The notes under the pieces are model-generated. The model saw nothing but the letters and a program-made list of their open reading frames with translations, made no database searches and was not told the DNA's origin. A DNA stretch of 64,000 bases from Tubiluchus corallicola (lineage: Eukaryota; Animalia; Priapulida), in NCBI GenBank assembly GCA_030141605.1, contig JAQGDQ010000103.1, positions 186,001 through 250,000 of the forward strand, given 5' to 3'. This document shows positions 27,161 through 39,669 of this stretch, one piece after another; the stretch's first letter is position 1; each line of letters opens with the position of its first letter. Both the position numbers and the translations under genes were made by a program.

Positions 27161-28215
27161 TAAGATTTTGCATATCTTACTGTTTTTCATTCAGTTATTT
27201 ATTTATTCATTTATTCTCCGTAACTTTAACGCTTAATAACTCGTAAGCCTTGCAAACTAGGGTCATCAAACTCACATGGTTGGTAGCCTTGGGCGTCGGC
27301 GAGCAACAGTATGGTGACCACTGACCACTGGTCAAAGGGGAAGGGCTGTAGGTCGTTCAGTTTTTCATTTAGGACGCACTTTCTTTTTTTCATATGTATT
27401 TTGGTACTGTGGTGTAGATGTGCACCTGGGGTTTTAAAAAGCTTATAAGCTCTAAACGCCTGAGGGAGGTGCCAAAATGCTAAATTTGGAGTCCTCCAAT
27501 TGGTGACCTTTTACATGCTGAGTGCTAACAGCACAAAACTCACAGGGTACACTCTCTGGGCAAAGGGAACTACGTATACATGCGACTCAAGTTGTCGGGT
27601 CGAAGGTCACAGAGCGGACGGGTCTTCATTTATTTTTCTTTAGGATCCACAGTTTTTGAGCCAGGGCCACAATGTTTGGGATGTGGTTAGGTGGAGCCAA
27701 ATTCTTGGGTATGGCAAAATATGGGTCACTTGGAGGGGAGAACATTTTTTCCGCTAGGAGACAAAAACCGAAAAATGAGGGTCTGGAACAGAAATGCGTA
27801 GATTGTTGAGCAATGGTACCTTGTATCAAATGAAAGGTCTCGATGAGGCGAATCGAGTGGCATAGGTTACAAAGAGAATGGTTAACCCGCAACTTCTCTA
27901 GGGGACAAAATAGGGGTTGACGAGACAAATTTAACCGAGTATCAACCGAGCTAGCTTGTGTTACATCAAACGAAAGGCCTCAACGAGACAAATTAAATGG
28001 TACAAGTTATGCCACGATTGGTTGACTTCTGACCCGCGGGTTATGGGTTAAAAAGTTAAAAGTTGTGATTTCTTGTGAAGCGCAGTGCCTATGTAGTTAA
28101 GCAACAATGCGAATTCGAAATAATTCTAAATTATAATTTAGAAAGACAAAAAGACAGCGTCTTTGCAAGCCTAAGTCTGCAAAATCTCCAGTTTCTGACC
28201 ACGGCAGAAACATTG
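27161..28215 (+). mobile_element. Helentron-associated (HINE/DINE-like) non-autonomous element
   Basis: 5' palindromic subTIR TAAGATTTTGCATATCTTA, 3' subTIR TGCAAAATCT (28178-28187), 3' hairpin GTTTCTGACCACGGCAGAAAC (28191-28211); second copy at 15625-16322. Confidence 0.65.
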
Positions 28216-28379
28216 TCAATTCGTTCTTTCTGTCTTTTCACATAACTGTTTGTATAAATTTTGCTCCTTCTCTAATTATTTCTGTCATTATAAAAACTAA
28301 TTTCTGCTGATTATACAAACAGCGAAAATCTCCCTTTACACTACAACATTTAGCATACAAATCATCCTATAACCATTAT

Positions 28380-28671
28380 AAAGAAGATATTTCTGTTAAA
28401 AAATATTCTTCACTTTCTGCTACATTCATTTCTACTACGATATTACAGAAGTACAAATTCTATCGTTTAAGTCAATTTGTTGAAACCTGTCAGTTTCTAT
28501 GCGCAAAGCTAAAACACCACACCTAAACTGTGACAACGATCGCTGAGCTCTAGTCATCGATAAATTCATGTAGTAGTCTGTGCAAGATTCTGATTTAAAT
28601 AGTTTAAATGTTCTTAATTCTGGTTGATGTTCTACTTCATTTAACCGCTCTACCTCATATTTTACTAACAT
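28380..28671 (-). mobile_element. RTE-X-like LINE ORF2 C-terminal fragment
   Basis: PELRTFKLFK..YMNL..QRSLSQFRCGVLALRIETDRF..RIC resembles the KLRTY..FK..FR..L.IE.GR..R.C motif. Confidence 0.72.
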
Positions 28672-28809
28672 TTCTAGTAGTTGTATTCATTCGCAGGCGT
28701 CATAAAGGTGCTTTTCCTCCACAGCACAAGGTGCACTAAGAGGTGGGAGGGGTTAGCTAATAATGAATTCTCTAAATATTGCTTCCCACATAACTCAAAA
28801 GAAGAAACG

Positions 28810-29072
28810 AATCCATCCAGGTAATAAAGCCACAGGTAAAAAAGTCACAGGTAAAAAGCCACAGAAAAAGGCACTGTAAAAAAGTCACAGGAAAAATGCA
28901 CATGAAAAAAGACACAGGAAAAATTCAAAGGAAAAAAAGCACAGGCAAAAGCCCTAACCCTAATACTAACTCTAACCCTAGCCAAAAGTGACTGCGACTT
29001 TTTCTTGTGACTTTTTTCTGTGAATTTTTTACCTGTGACTTTTTTACCAGTGTCTTTATTTGATGAATGCGT
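28810..29072. mobile_element. Palindromic MITE with internal CCCTAA-like repeats
   Basis: Left-arm repeats CACAGGTAAAAAAGTCAC, right-arm repeats GTGACTTTTTTACC(TG/AG), centre CCCTAACCCTAATACTAACTCTAACCCTA. Confidence 0.7.
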
Positions 29073-29630
29073 CCTGTACTCAAAAATATAGTACGTAAAT
29101 AATGCTGTTCTTATTGCTTCTTCGTATTCTGCTCTTCTTGTATGTAAGTAACATTTTTGGATGTTTTTATCAGTGTCTTTTACCACTGCCAATGTATACA
29201 AGGTTACCATACTTTGCTACCAAACAATGGTTTAAACGTAAAGCTCCCGGATGTAAAACTGTAACAATTTGTTTGAACGACAGTGCAAGCCGGCTTTTTT
29301 CGAGGCAATCACTAAAAACTGGCAAGTCTGTAAACCTTTTAAATGTCCTTAGAATGAAGTAATCAATAGTTTCAATCCATTCATCTGTTTAACTTTGCCG
29401 TTGAGATAGCATTAAGACACGTCGCCAGACTGCTCCCCACTCAATCATGTTGATAAATGACAAGTTCAAACATGTAGGAACTGCTATTCTTTGGAAACAA
29501 TAATGCCTTCCCTGATGAACATTTGGAAAGCGAAACTCTTGCAGCTTCGTAATTATTTTCCAGATGATGTGAAACTCTCAAAAGATTGGTTACAGCTCAC
29601 GCTCAGAGCTCTCAACGAGTCAACCGAAGA

Positions 29631-30296
29631 TAGGGTTGCCACCTTGTTATGAACCAAAGTCACGAGGCAAGAGCTAGGGGGGGTTGTAAGCTCCCCCAGT
29701 GTGGTCCAGGAGCTCCTGAGACCAAGCAATTCTGGCATTTTATGTGTTTTATGAGGTCTTTCAGAAACCAAAATCAAGAAATTCTAACAACAAAGCAGTA
29801 CAAATTCTTTATTTAAGACTCCAAAAAGCCCTAAAAATCTAAAACTTACAAAAGTGCAAGCAGTCAACATCAATTTTTGGAGTTTGTTCCAAGTCACATT
29901 TTTCAAGTTTTCTGAGGTTTCTGGAATTGGTTTAGCAATCAAACTATTAAGCACTTGAATTAAAGCTAAAGCAGAAAAATACTTGTTTTACAGTTTTTGT
30001 CGCTGAGGCAAAATTGGCAAAAAATGTAGAAGGGGTTAAATGATGAAGCCATAAAACCACTTAAACTTAATTTAATAGGTTTACTGTTAGCTTAATTAAC
30101 AGAGAGTTGGCTGTTTTTTTGGCTTAATCTTTTGCAAACTTTCCAGAGCATGCAAGTTGTATTTCTGCTTTTTCCCCATTTAAGTTCCAATGTGATGGTC
30201 GAAATCAGGAGATTTCAGAATTTTTCTAAAATCTGATCGAACTACGAATTTATGGCTGAATCTCAGGAGACTTTGGGCCAAATGGTGGCAACCCTA
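29631..30296 (+). mobile_element. hAT-like MITE (TAGGGTTGCCACC TIR)
   Basis: TIRs TAGGGTTGCCACC / GGTGGCAACCCTA; decayed 8-bp TSD ACCGAAGA vs AACGAGGA; related copy at 57369-57902. Confidence 0.8.
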
Positions 30297-31068
30297 AACG
30301 AGGAGCGTGTTACAGATCTGCAGTCCGAGCCACTTCAAAACTGTTTTAAAAACCAATGTATTCAGCAAACTTACCTGTGCAGGTAAGATGAATTCTTGTT
30401 CATTGGTGTAGATTCTCTATCTTCTCCTGGTTTCTTTTAGTAAACAGAATGGCGGCCTTCAGAAAATAAAAATAACACAGACTAAGCTAACTATAATCAC
30501 AGTGACTGATTGGAAACTGTCCAAGCACAAAAAATCGCTATTTTTTCAATCCCAAAAATATTGACTGTCATCCCAATATGGTTTATGTACACCATCGTTT
30601 TCTTTTGCGTTTGGTTGCTTGCTTGCATGCATTTATATATTTGATCGTTAGCTGGTTGTCTGGCTGCATGACTGGTTGACTTCTTGTTTGCTATATTTGC
30701 ATTATAATTACTATCAACACTAAAACTCTGAAACTATTGGGTATAATGTATTTTTGTCCATGGTTTTCAACTGGTTTCTATTGACTTGCTGATAAAGGTC
30801 CTGCCTTATTGACCTTTAATCAACCTTTGACTGATTTATGACCTTTGACCTGTTGATTGTTTCTGAAGACCTTAATCTACTGCCTTTTAGCTTTTGACCT
30901 ATTCTCTTGGAAAGTTTGAGAGATTGAGAAAAAATTCGAAAATTTAATTTCGTTATTAACTTACAAATTCTTAGGAGTTAAGCAGCCAAACTTATGCAAT
31001 CTATAATCTTGAACGGGTCGGTGGGATGGCCAATGGTGCAGTTAGGTCGAAAGTCAAACTTACTAAAA

Positions 31069-31587
31069 CTGAAAGGAAAGGAAACCCTTCACTGAAAGGA
31101 AAGTAAAACTGAAAAAAAATCGTCTTGAAATTTTTTTCTTACATACTGTTTTGTTGAGCTCAAAGCTTGTATTACGAATAACGCTGTTTAAAACTAGTAA
31201 ATTTAAACTCCTACGATGACTGTCAGGTGCAGCCATTTTGACGGTAAGTCGTTTGAAGCAAGTTTAGACAACAATTTATAAAGTTTGAAAATATAATGAG
31301 ACCTCCTTAGCACACACTTCACTAATTAACAAAAGTTTAAATTTTGTTTTCTTGTCAGTAAGATCAATGATGTGTTTTTGGTGAATCAGTGGTACACTGG
31401 GATAGTGAAACAGCGACTTTGTACCAGTTGGCATGAACATTTTAAATTATTGAGAATTTTCTTTTCCAAATACATAAGACTTTCAAACAGGTAAGCGTAA
31501 TGCTTTGTGTGGAAAATTGTATGCTTGTAACTTCGCGTGGAAAATTGTTTAGTACACACTTTAAAATTCCCTTCTCTTCCCCGTTAA
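31069..31587 (+). mobile_element. Kolobok/T2-like MITE family C
   Basis: Collinear with 9337-9817 and 25939-26422. Confidence 0.75.
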
Positions 31588-31974
31588 CAGATGGGGGCGT
31601 AGTGTGTACCATAACTATTTTTTTCTTTAATTGAGCTTTTAGGTAAACTCACGCACGGTAATACACCTCAGTCTACCAATTCACTGCCTCATATTAAAGG
31701 ACTAATCTTACCAAGTTGAAATCCTATTACCCCTCATCTTTCTACGTTTAGATGACCTGAGACTAAATGCTGCATCTCAGCTTGCATTTTGTTTAATGGT
31801 AACAAAATAATGTTTGTTTAATTATATTTGCATTTTTCTAGACTTGCGAACCCACTGACTCGGCGCTAACGATTATTTTAGTTCACAAAAGAAAAAAATT
31901 CTCCTTATTGGTGACATAGTGTCGACTTTGGGTGGTGTAAATTTCGTCAAAATTAATTCAATGTTTCTAACTAC

Positions 31975-32225
31975 AAATGCTGTATCAGTTCAGTAACTTC
32001 ATTTGTTTTACGTGGACTTTACATAATTATGCATTAGTCTGTGCGTAAAGTGATTTACTAGCAGCATTTTGCTTAGGAATAAGAAAAATGAACTAGTTAA
32101 AGTTTTATCTAGTTGTTTAAAATATTGCTATTACAATAGCACGAGCTGGAAGGCGCTGTCGAGCGTACAGAAATGTGTTGTCAGGTACTCTTAACCTTTA
32201 ACCTTTTCACAATCATCATCAATCA
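31975..32225 (+). repeat. Interspersed repeat family D, partial
   Basis: Matches 15230-15470 and 38980-39210. Confidence 0.7.
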
Positions 32226-33218
32226 TTATTCCAGAATACAAACCCAATTTTGTACAGTCTGTAGCTGCAAGCGGTGCTTACTAGTTGCATTACTGAACAG
32301 TTCAAAACTGAACCTGTTTCTGACTATGATACACATAGTCAACACAACAGACATTCTCTTTAATGGACAGTCATTAGCGGCTATCATATTTGCAGGTATA
32401 GTGTTACAAACTATTCCATTCAGCGGAAGTAATTACTAAAGTGCAACCTGCTTTTACAGAGCATCGGCGGCCCAGCAGGAGAAGAGCTGGGCTTACCACT
32501 GCCACACTCAAGGTGACCTCTAATTGTGTCAATTATGTGTAAACCAATCAACGTTTTCTAAAGACATCGAAGAAAGTTGAATTAATCTCCTCTGCTGTAA
32601 TTCTACCCTTTCAGCGAAAAGTATTTTTACGTTTCCATCTCAGTGGGTGCTCAGCATCCATGTGCGACGTGGTCGTGAGGAAGGGAGGAAATTCCGAAAA
32701 ATTCCAGCTATGATTTGAAGCGTGACGATGTAGCAGTGACGCGACTCGTACTACATCTCATAATGCACTGTTGCACCATTGTCAGTTCCATTTCGTTCAT
32801 TGCTCTACTGTTTGTGATACGCCCTGTTTAAATTCACCATCCGCCATTAGCGATTACATAAATTGTTAGTTTCAATTTACATCCGATTTTTTCTGACTTC
32901 TGCGCATTTTCCGAAGGAGCGTTTCCGCTTTTTTCTAATTTCCTGCAGGGTTTTTGTAAAAGCAGAAAGGAAAAATGTCCAAAGCTCTTATGCAAATCAA
33001 CACTAAGTAAATGCAAAAAACTCCACAGTGCAAATTAATTGACATTTCTAATTAACTGATAGCTATTGATTTCTGCTAAAGATAGCTAGGACTAAACTTA
33101 CAGGGCTGCAGGTACCTACGGCTTCCTTGAGTAGATATGCCCTTAGAGGCAGAATTTTGTTTTTCTAAGAACCAGTAAGAAGATTCTTGTCCAACGCTTA
33201 AGTTTTGGTGTTTCTGCT

Positions 33219-33792
33219 TTAAAATAAAGACCAAGCCTTCTGGGAAGTTGGGCTTATTACAATTTTCCAGAAAAGGGTTAGAAGGATTTAGTAATAAAAG
33301 TGTGTTAAGCGCTAGTTAACAATTAGAAATGTGTAATTAGTAAAATCACTTTAAAGTCACAATTATTTCACCCTTGGGCGCTCCCACTTTGTGTACCAAA
33401 TTCTTCCACCAATGGCATTGTTCATCAACTGAAGAAAAGCAGCGCACGGTCAATTTCCGTCAAAAGTATAATAAGTTTTTACAAAAAATTACGCAGCTAA
33501 TTTTGTGATATTTTTCCGGGAACATTAGGTAAGATGCAAAATTTAAGCAGGGCGGAATATTAGGAAAGCCACGGGGCGGCTACGAAAAGTCACAAAGTTC
33601 ACCAGTTATGTCGTAATTTCTAATTGAAAGGCGGCTACCACCGCGCCTGAAAATTTCTATGCAGAGGTAGTATAAATTAGCTTTATACTTTATAGAAAGT
33701 TTTTTTGCCATTTTCCTTGTTTTATTTTTTTGAGTTTAAGTGATAGCGGTAAAATAAACTCAAAGTGCTAAGTGACTTGATCTTTCCTTTAA
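33219..33792 (-). mobile_element. Kolobok/T2-like MITE family A
   Basis: Reverse complement of 6226-6795; ends TCTTTCCT|TTAA. Confidence 0.8.
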
Positions 33793-34856
33793 ATTTACTG
33801 TATTAGGCCTATCAGGCGAAAATGTACATTTCGGAAACTGTTCAACACATTATCTCAATTGACCAAATTTGGACTGAAACAATATTATTTCAAACACGGT
33901 AACAATGTATTTCCAATCAAATAAAATAATACCATCCAAGCATGTTTAAAATAATATTATTTTAGCACAACATTGGCCAATTGAGAATTTGAGAAGTGTT
34001 TTGACAATTTCTGAGACGTCTATTTTCTCGTGTTGCTAAGAGGGTGATAATAAAAGCAGAAATTACCAAAATTTAAGTTTTGGGGATTTGACTAAAAATT
34101 ACTTCTTCCCTGATTTCACTTAATTCGCCAGAGACTCGTGCGTGCATCACTCTATATTTGAACGAAAATAAAAATATTTTATGTTTAAAAGAAAGCTACT
34201 TCAAATTTAAGGTTAAACCGTACGTTAATATGCATGTTACGCTTGCAGATGTGTTTGTATCATTTGCAATATTAAACAAATTTGCCAAGACGTAACATCG
34301 GAATGGAAGTCTCTTATTACTGGCTAATGGAACACATATTGTTTTTTAACACTTTAGATGAATGTTACGTGGAAAACTATTGCAAACATTGGAAGAATAT
34401 TTGGCTTCTTTCTACTATCTTTTTTCATGTTGAATTGCAAATGATTCCCAAAATTGACTCACTACCTCCAGCATTTTGTAGAAAAGTGTCCGTCAAAACT
34501 TTCACTTCATGTACAATACGCAAAAATGTTAGACTAATCAGACAAATTAGCTTAATAAGTTAACTAGAGTTTAATTAGGCCTAATTAATCGTTTTATTGA
34601 TATTGTGATATCTTAACAAAAAACCTGAAGCGCCTAACCTAACCTGACATTTGAACCCACAGCTCTCTATTTACTTATTGAATGTAAAAACCTCCATATG
34701 CATCTTTACTTTTGCATATTACAAATAGCAGCTTTTATAGCTGAAATCGATACTGGAACTTTTACTACAACGGTTAGTAAGTGGAAGCTCCTTGGGAATG
34801 TTGTACTATTGCTCCCTCTGGTAGACAGGGCAATGCCAAACAGCAAACAACCAAAC

Positions 34857-34932
34857 CATCAACTAGTAAACAATCAAAACACCAACCAGTAAACAATCAA
34901 AACACCAACCAGTAAACAATCAAAACACCACC
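34857..34932. repeat. Short tandem repeat (AACCAGTAAACAATCAAAACACC) x3
   Basis: Directly visible. Confidence 0.85.
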
Positions 34933-36199
34933 TAGACACGAGCCAAACTGCTGATGAAGGTTTTCTCTAAACCGCGACAGTGATTTTTTTCTTGCTCGTA
35001 ATCCTCAGTATAGCCTCCGCCGCAGAGGGACTAATATTTCAGTTGCACTTTTACGGCTACAAAGCCGCCTTACTTTCATCTTCGATCCACATCATAAACA
35101 TCTGATGGCTTCATATAGCAGCTTAGTCCAGTCTGCGTATTTCTTTTTCTCTGAGGATTAGGCAGAATTCGCAAAAAAGAGAGACCGTTCCCTAAATATT
35201 AATTATGAAGAAAGCAGCATCTAACAACGCAGATGCGTATTCAGAGCGAGGGGCGACGTGATGTAAAAATCCCGTTACTAGAGCAATAATCAGGTTACGA
35301 TACTGTGCTTAAGAATACAAGAAGAATCTTGGACACTTAGGAAGACCTTGACTCACGCTGTAACAGTTTCATGATAATCAGTGCATCCATTAGAGTCAGA
35401 CATTTGGCGTGAAAGTACCGGAAAATCCGACTATTGCGATCAAAGATATTACTAAGATTTTTCTTAATGAACATAAAATTGCAATAGAATTCCAAAGAGA
35501 AGCAGCGCCAGGGAAAACATGTTCGCAATTGCAGAAAGATAAAAAAGCTTTGTTCATGCGCTCGTGCGTATTCTTTAAAAGTGATGATGATTAAAGCTTT
35601 TGCTGGTGTAGTACGAGATCGATTTATCATGAATACTTGTAGTGAAATAATCTAATGTGTATGAAATGAAGTAGCATTATAATTTTGCTAAGGTTTTTAA
35701 ATATAATTATTGTATATAAAATATGAGCGCTGAACTATATACGCATGCAAAAATTTATACGCAAATAAGTTGATGTGCCAAAACAAAAATAGTCAAATAA
35801 TGTTTAGCATTGTAATACGAATGGAATGCAAATATCATGTATATTATGAAAATGTTTAAAATTAAATAGAGTTTAAGCAGCCGCAGAAGGAAAGTGAATG
35901 CTAGGCAATATTATTTATTTCATTTATTTAGTATTAAACAACTGATAAAGCTGATAGAATGTTTTTAAAATGTAATCATGTCATTTAACTGAGCTAACAG
36001 TTATTATTCAAGTTAAACTACCCCCCTGCAAATAGAGTGACCTCTGTTAATTAATAAGTATTTATTTTCAATAACGATTTATCATTATCATCAACATCAT
36101 TTACAAGTGAGAAAATGGAAGTTTCTTATTTTGAAAACTTTGTGTATAGATGTAAAGGTTTGAAAGTCGACAGTACAGATGCAAAGCGAGAGAACTACA

Positions 36200-36280
36200 G
36201 CAGCGTGTGGCACAGTGATCTTACGTTTGTCTAGGGATCGCTTGCATGCTGGGTTCGAGTCGCAGTTAGCAGTTCTGCTT
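36200..36280 (+). mobile_element. tRNA-derived SINE head / tRNA pseudogene
   Basis: A-box-like TGGCACAGTGA and B-box GGTTCGAGTCG at Pol III spacing; no intact cloverleaf. Confidence 0.5.
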
Positions 36281-38809
36281 CACTCCAAATAAGGTAGCAT
36301 TTTCATAAAGGAGAAGGTGTAATCTGTAAGCATATACAGATATAGTCATTATCTAATTCTAGGATGTTCTTTCTGTGGTGTTCCGAACTTTATGTGCGCT
36401 TTGAGAAGTGCACACAACATCCACACACTCTTAAGCTTGTGTGAAATAAAAATAAAAATCAAGCCAACAGTAGCCAGTCAGCGATTTTCACAGACGCAAT
36501 TGAGGAAAACCGAATCAATTAGTCGACTCAGCATTCGCTTAATGACTTTTGCATTTATTACTTCTGCATCTGACAGCAGAGAAGCAGCTCAGAAGGGCTG
36601 AAGTAATCTTGACATATTTTTTCTTTCTCGCAATTAACGAATTTACGGTTTTAGAAACTAAGAGATTATTGCTGCTGCTGTTGCTGGAGTGACTTCAAGT
36701 ATAAACATCCGTGGTTTTTACATCCGTGAGAATAGATCTTGGAAAATTTTATTTCTAGCACAAGAATTACAGGACAAGTATATAGCACTGCAAAATGAAT
36801 GAAAAATTTACCGTTAATTTTGGATCAACCTGTATCTGTAGTTTTTGTATGTCGGAAGTATTGATTTTCAGGAAGAAGTGGAGCTGAAACATGAGTGTTG
36901 TAACAGAACTTCTTGACAAGTAACAGCTGTGACAGTTATTACTATAAATAACTGCATCTGTGGTTTTTCGTCAAAGACGATGCAGCGACAGTTATGAACA
37001 GTGAATTCACTGTTACTCCAGCAAATTGCTCAATAGTTACTTTACAAGGATTCCCGTCTTGCCATAAAATAATAGAGCATGCTCAGGGAATGAAAACTTC
37101 AGGGTTTAGCCTGATGTCTTCAAATAACCAATGATGACTTATAAGTGTCGCCTGACTAATCGTGTTACGAGTCTCGACATAACGTCATAGTTTTTTTCGT
37201 AAAAACGGACACCGTTTTAATGACCTCATAAATGTAGGACGAGAATGCTGCTTGCTGCATCCTTATTAATTATTACTAACAAATTTCAAAAGTGATGCTG
37301 GGCAAAGTGTAGCATTAGAATAATTTAAGCGCACCATGTAATAAATGCATAAACTAATTGGATAAAAACGTGTATAAGCATAATTTATATAATAAAAAAG
37401 TAGTATATACTGTGCTTGTGTAAGTGTCAAACAAAAATTTAAAATTCGACACGCTCTGATCAGTCAGTCACAATTAAAATTAAGTCCAGATACAAAGAGC
37501 CCGATTCTAGTTTACAATGTGTTCGAATCACATACAAAAAGAAAACAAACTATTAGTTGTTTGGAACACAAAACTTCGTTAATTTAAACGCTTTGAAATG
37601 ACAATCGGTACCAACGCCCATTTCTTTTGTTTTTAATTGGCATTGAAGTGCTTCTGGTATCGAGCTTGAAGCCAGAAAACCTGTTGAAAATATGGAACGG
37701 CGGAAGTTGCGTCGTTTTCCCATCACTGTAGATTTTACTCGGAAAGTTTCCGATATTACTCAGTCAAGCAAAATGGAAAAAAAGATACGCAAAGCAGTTA
37801 ACTCTGACCAGGACTAAGCAAACCGATTAAGTTTCAGCATATCTGTTTGTTAGATAAGCTACTAAAGAATTTAATTAATCCCAAATTTATGATGCCCCCT
37901 CTCTCCTGCTTGCCTGCCCAGTTGTCTATCCTACTCGTTTGCTTGTGTACATGTCTGTCTGCCTGACTATTTGCATGCCTCTCTCCCTAGTTATCTGTCG
38001 TACTCATTTGCAAGTCTACGTGTCTGTCTTTCTGCCTCTCTGCCTAGTTATCTATCTGCTCGTTTGTGTGCCTGTCTGTTTGTGTGTCTGTCTCCTTATC
38101 AACTTGCCTGCCTATCCGTTTGTCTATTTGTCATTATCATTTTTTCTTGAAATTGATTATATTAGCCAATACCTTTCTTGACAAATACAAAATACACACC
38201 TGACGTGATTTTACTTGCGTTTGATAACATGAAGTAAAGCGCAACAACCAGAGCTGGTTATTTACTCAATTTTCATCACGTTCCCATGGCAATTTACAGC
38301 AGGAAGGGAAGCATTTTATCCCTTACAATTTTGCCGACAGAAAAGCAAATTCAGAACGAGTGAATGAGTTACTCGATAGAATTTATATGGAGTAGGCGAG
38401 TACAAATTGGTTTACTTTACTTTCGCGGAATTTTGCTGTATCCTAGCTGCCGTTAAGGCTCTGCGATACTTCCGTGGGATCTATCAAATTGAATAAACGC
38501 TGGAAATTCACTCTGATGTTCAGTTAGAAGGCTGTTTCAAAGCAACTGTCATTCTCGTATTCTAGGAAGTGCTTCAGAATCTTGTTGGATCAAAAATTGT
38601 GCAAGTAACTAAATTTCTTTGGCCGTGTAGATGTTGATTTCTACCCTAATTATAGAGAAAAAGGGCTCCCTCGTACAACCATCTCCTCCATCCAAGCTAT
38701 AGTTATTTCAGGTTATAATATTTTAGGTTCAAACTTTTATAATGGCAATTTTAGCTAATACACCACAGACGGTTTAAAACACATTTAGTATACATGTATT
38801 AGCGAATCA

Positions 38810-39225
38810 GCCTTTTCACAGATTTACTGTGTGCACAAGCAGTTGCTATAGGTCAAAGCTTAAGTGTAGCACGGCAACGCGTCTTAACTACAACAGTCAC
38901 GTGACAAGTGGATGAAGCAAATCCGTCTGCGGCATCAGTTCAGTAACTTCCGTCACGTGACATGTGTGTAAAGCAAAGCAGTCTGCTGTATCAGTTCAGT
39001 AACTTTAGTTGTTTTACGTGAACTTTACTTAATAATTCATTAGTCTATGCGTAAAATGATGTACTAGCAGGATCTTGCTCATTAAGAAGATAAAATGGAC
39101 TAGGTAAGGTTCCGGCGAGCTGTTAAAACTGTTAATAGCATGGGCCGCGAGGCGTTGTCAAGTGTACACAAATGCGTTGACCTTTGACCTTTTCACGATC
39201 ATCATCAGTCGCTGGAACTGCGAAA
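38810..39225 (+). repeat. Interspersed repeat family D, with an internal ~55-bp duplication
   Basis: Matches 15115-15490; GTCACGTGACA..AGCAAA..GTCTGC..ATCAGTTCAGTAACTT occurs twice. Confidence 0.75.
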
Positions 39226-39669
39226 AAGTTTTCTGAATCGGCTGCCGATTTGTCATTTTGTTAACCGATCAATTAAGCGCTGCGGCCCTTTGAACTTTTC
39301 TAAAAATATTACTGAGATTGCTCAATGTCAACTAATTGCAGTAGCCAACCACAAAAAATTGTATATAACTCATAGAGTGTGTAGTAAAATATGCTGTTCA
39401 GGAGAAGGAAGATAAAAAGAGGAAAACGTGTTATGTTATCCTCAAAATGAATGAAAGCATAATCCGCGAAACGACTTCAGGGTAAATATATGAAGCAGGT
39501 TGTAAAACCTGTACATTTCCAGTTTATGAAGGGGAGCTTATTATTGGAGAAATAAAAACGATAGGTTGCTGTTATTGGTTAATTGAGCTTTTATGGACTT
39601 ACACACGTAAAACTGACGATATTCGTTATCTCATTGCTACTTTATTGCAACTGATTGTACAGAAAGTAT

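Noticed and set aside
28950-28982. Telomere or chromosome-fusion remnant
   Set aside because: Only about five degenerate hexamers, and they sit at the centre of a palindromic MITE.
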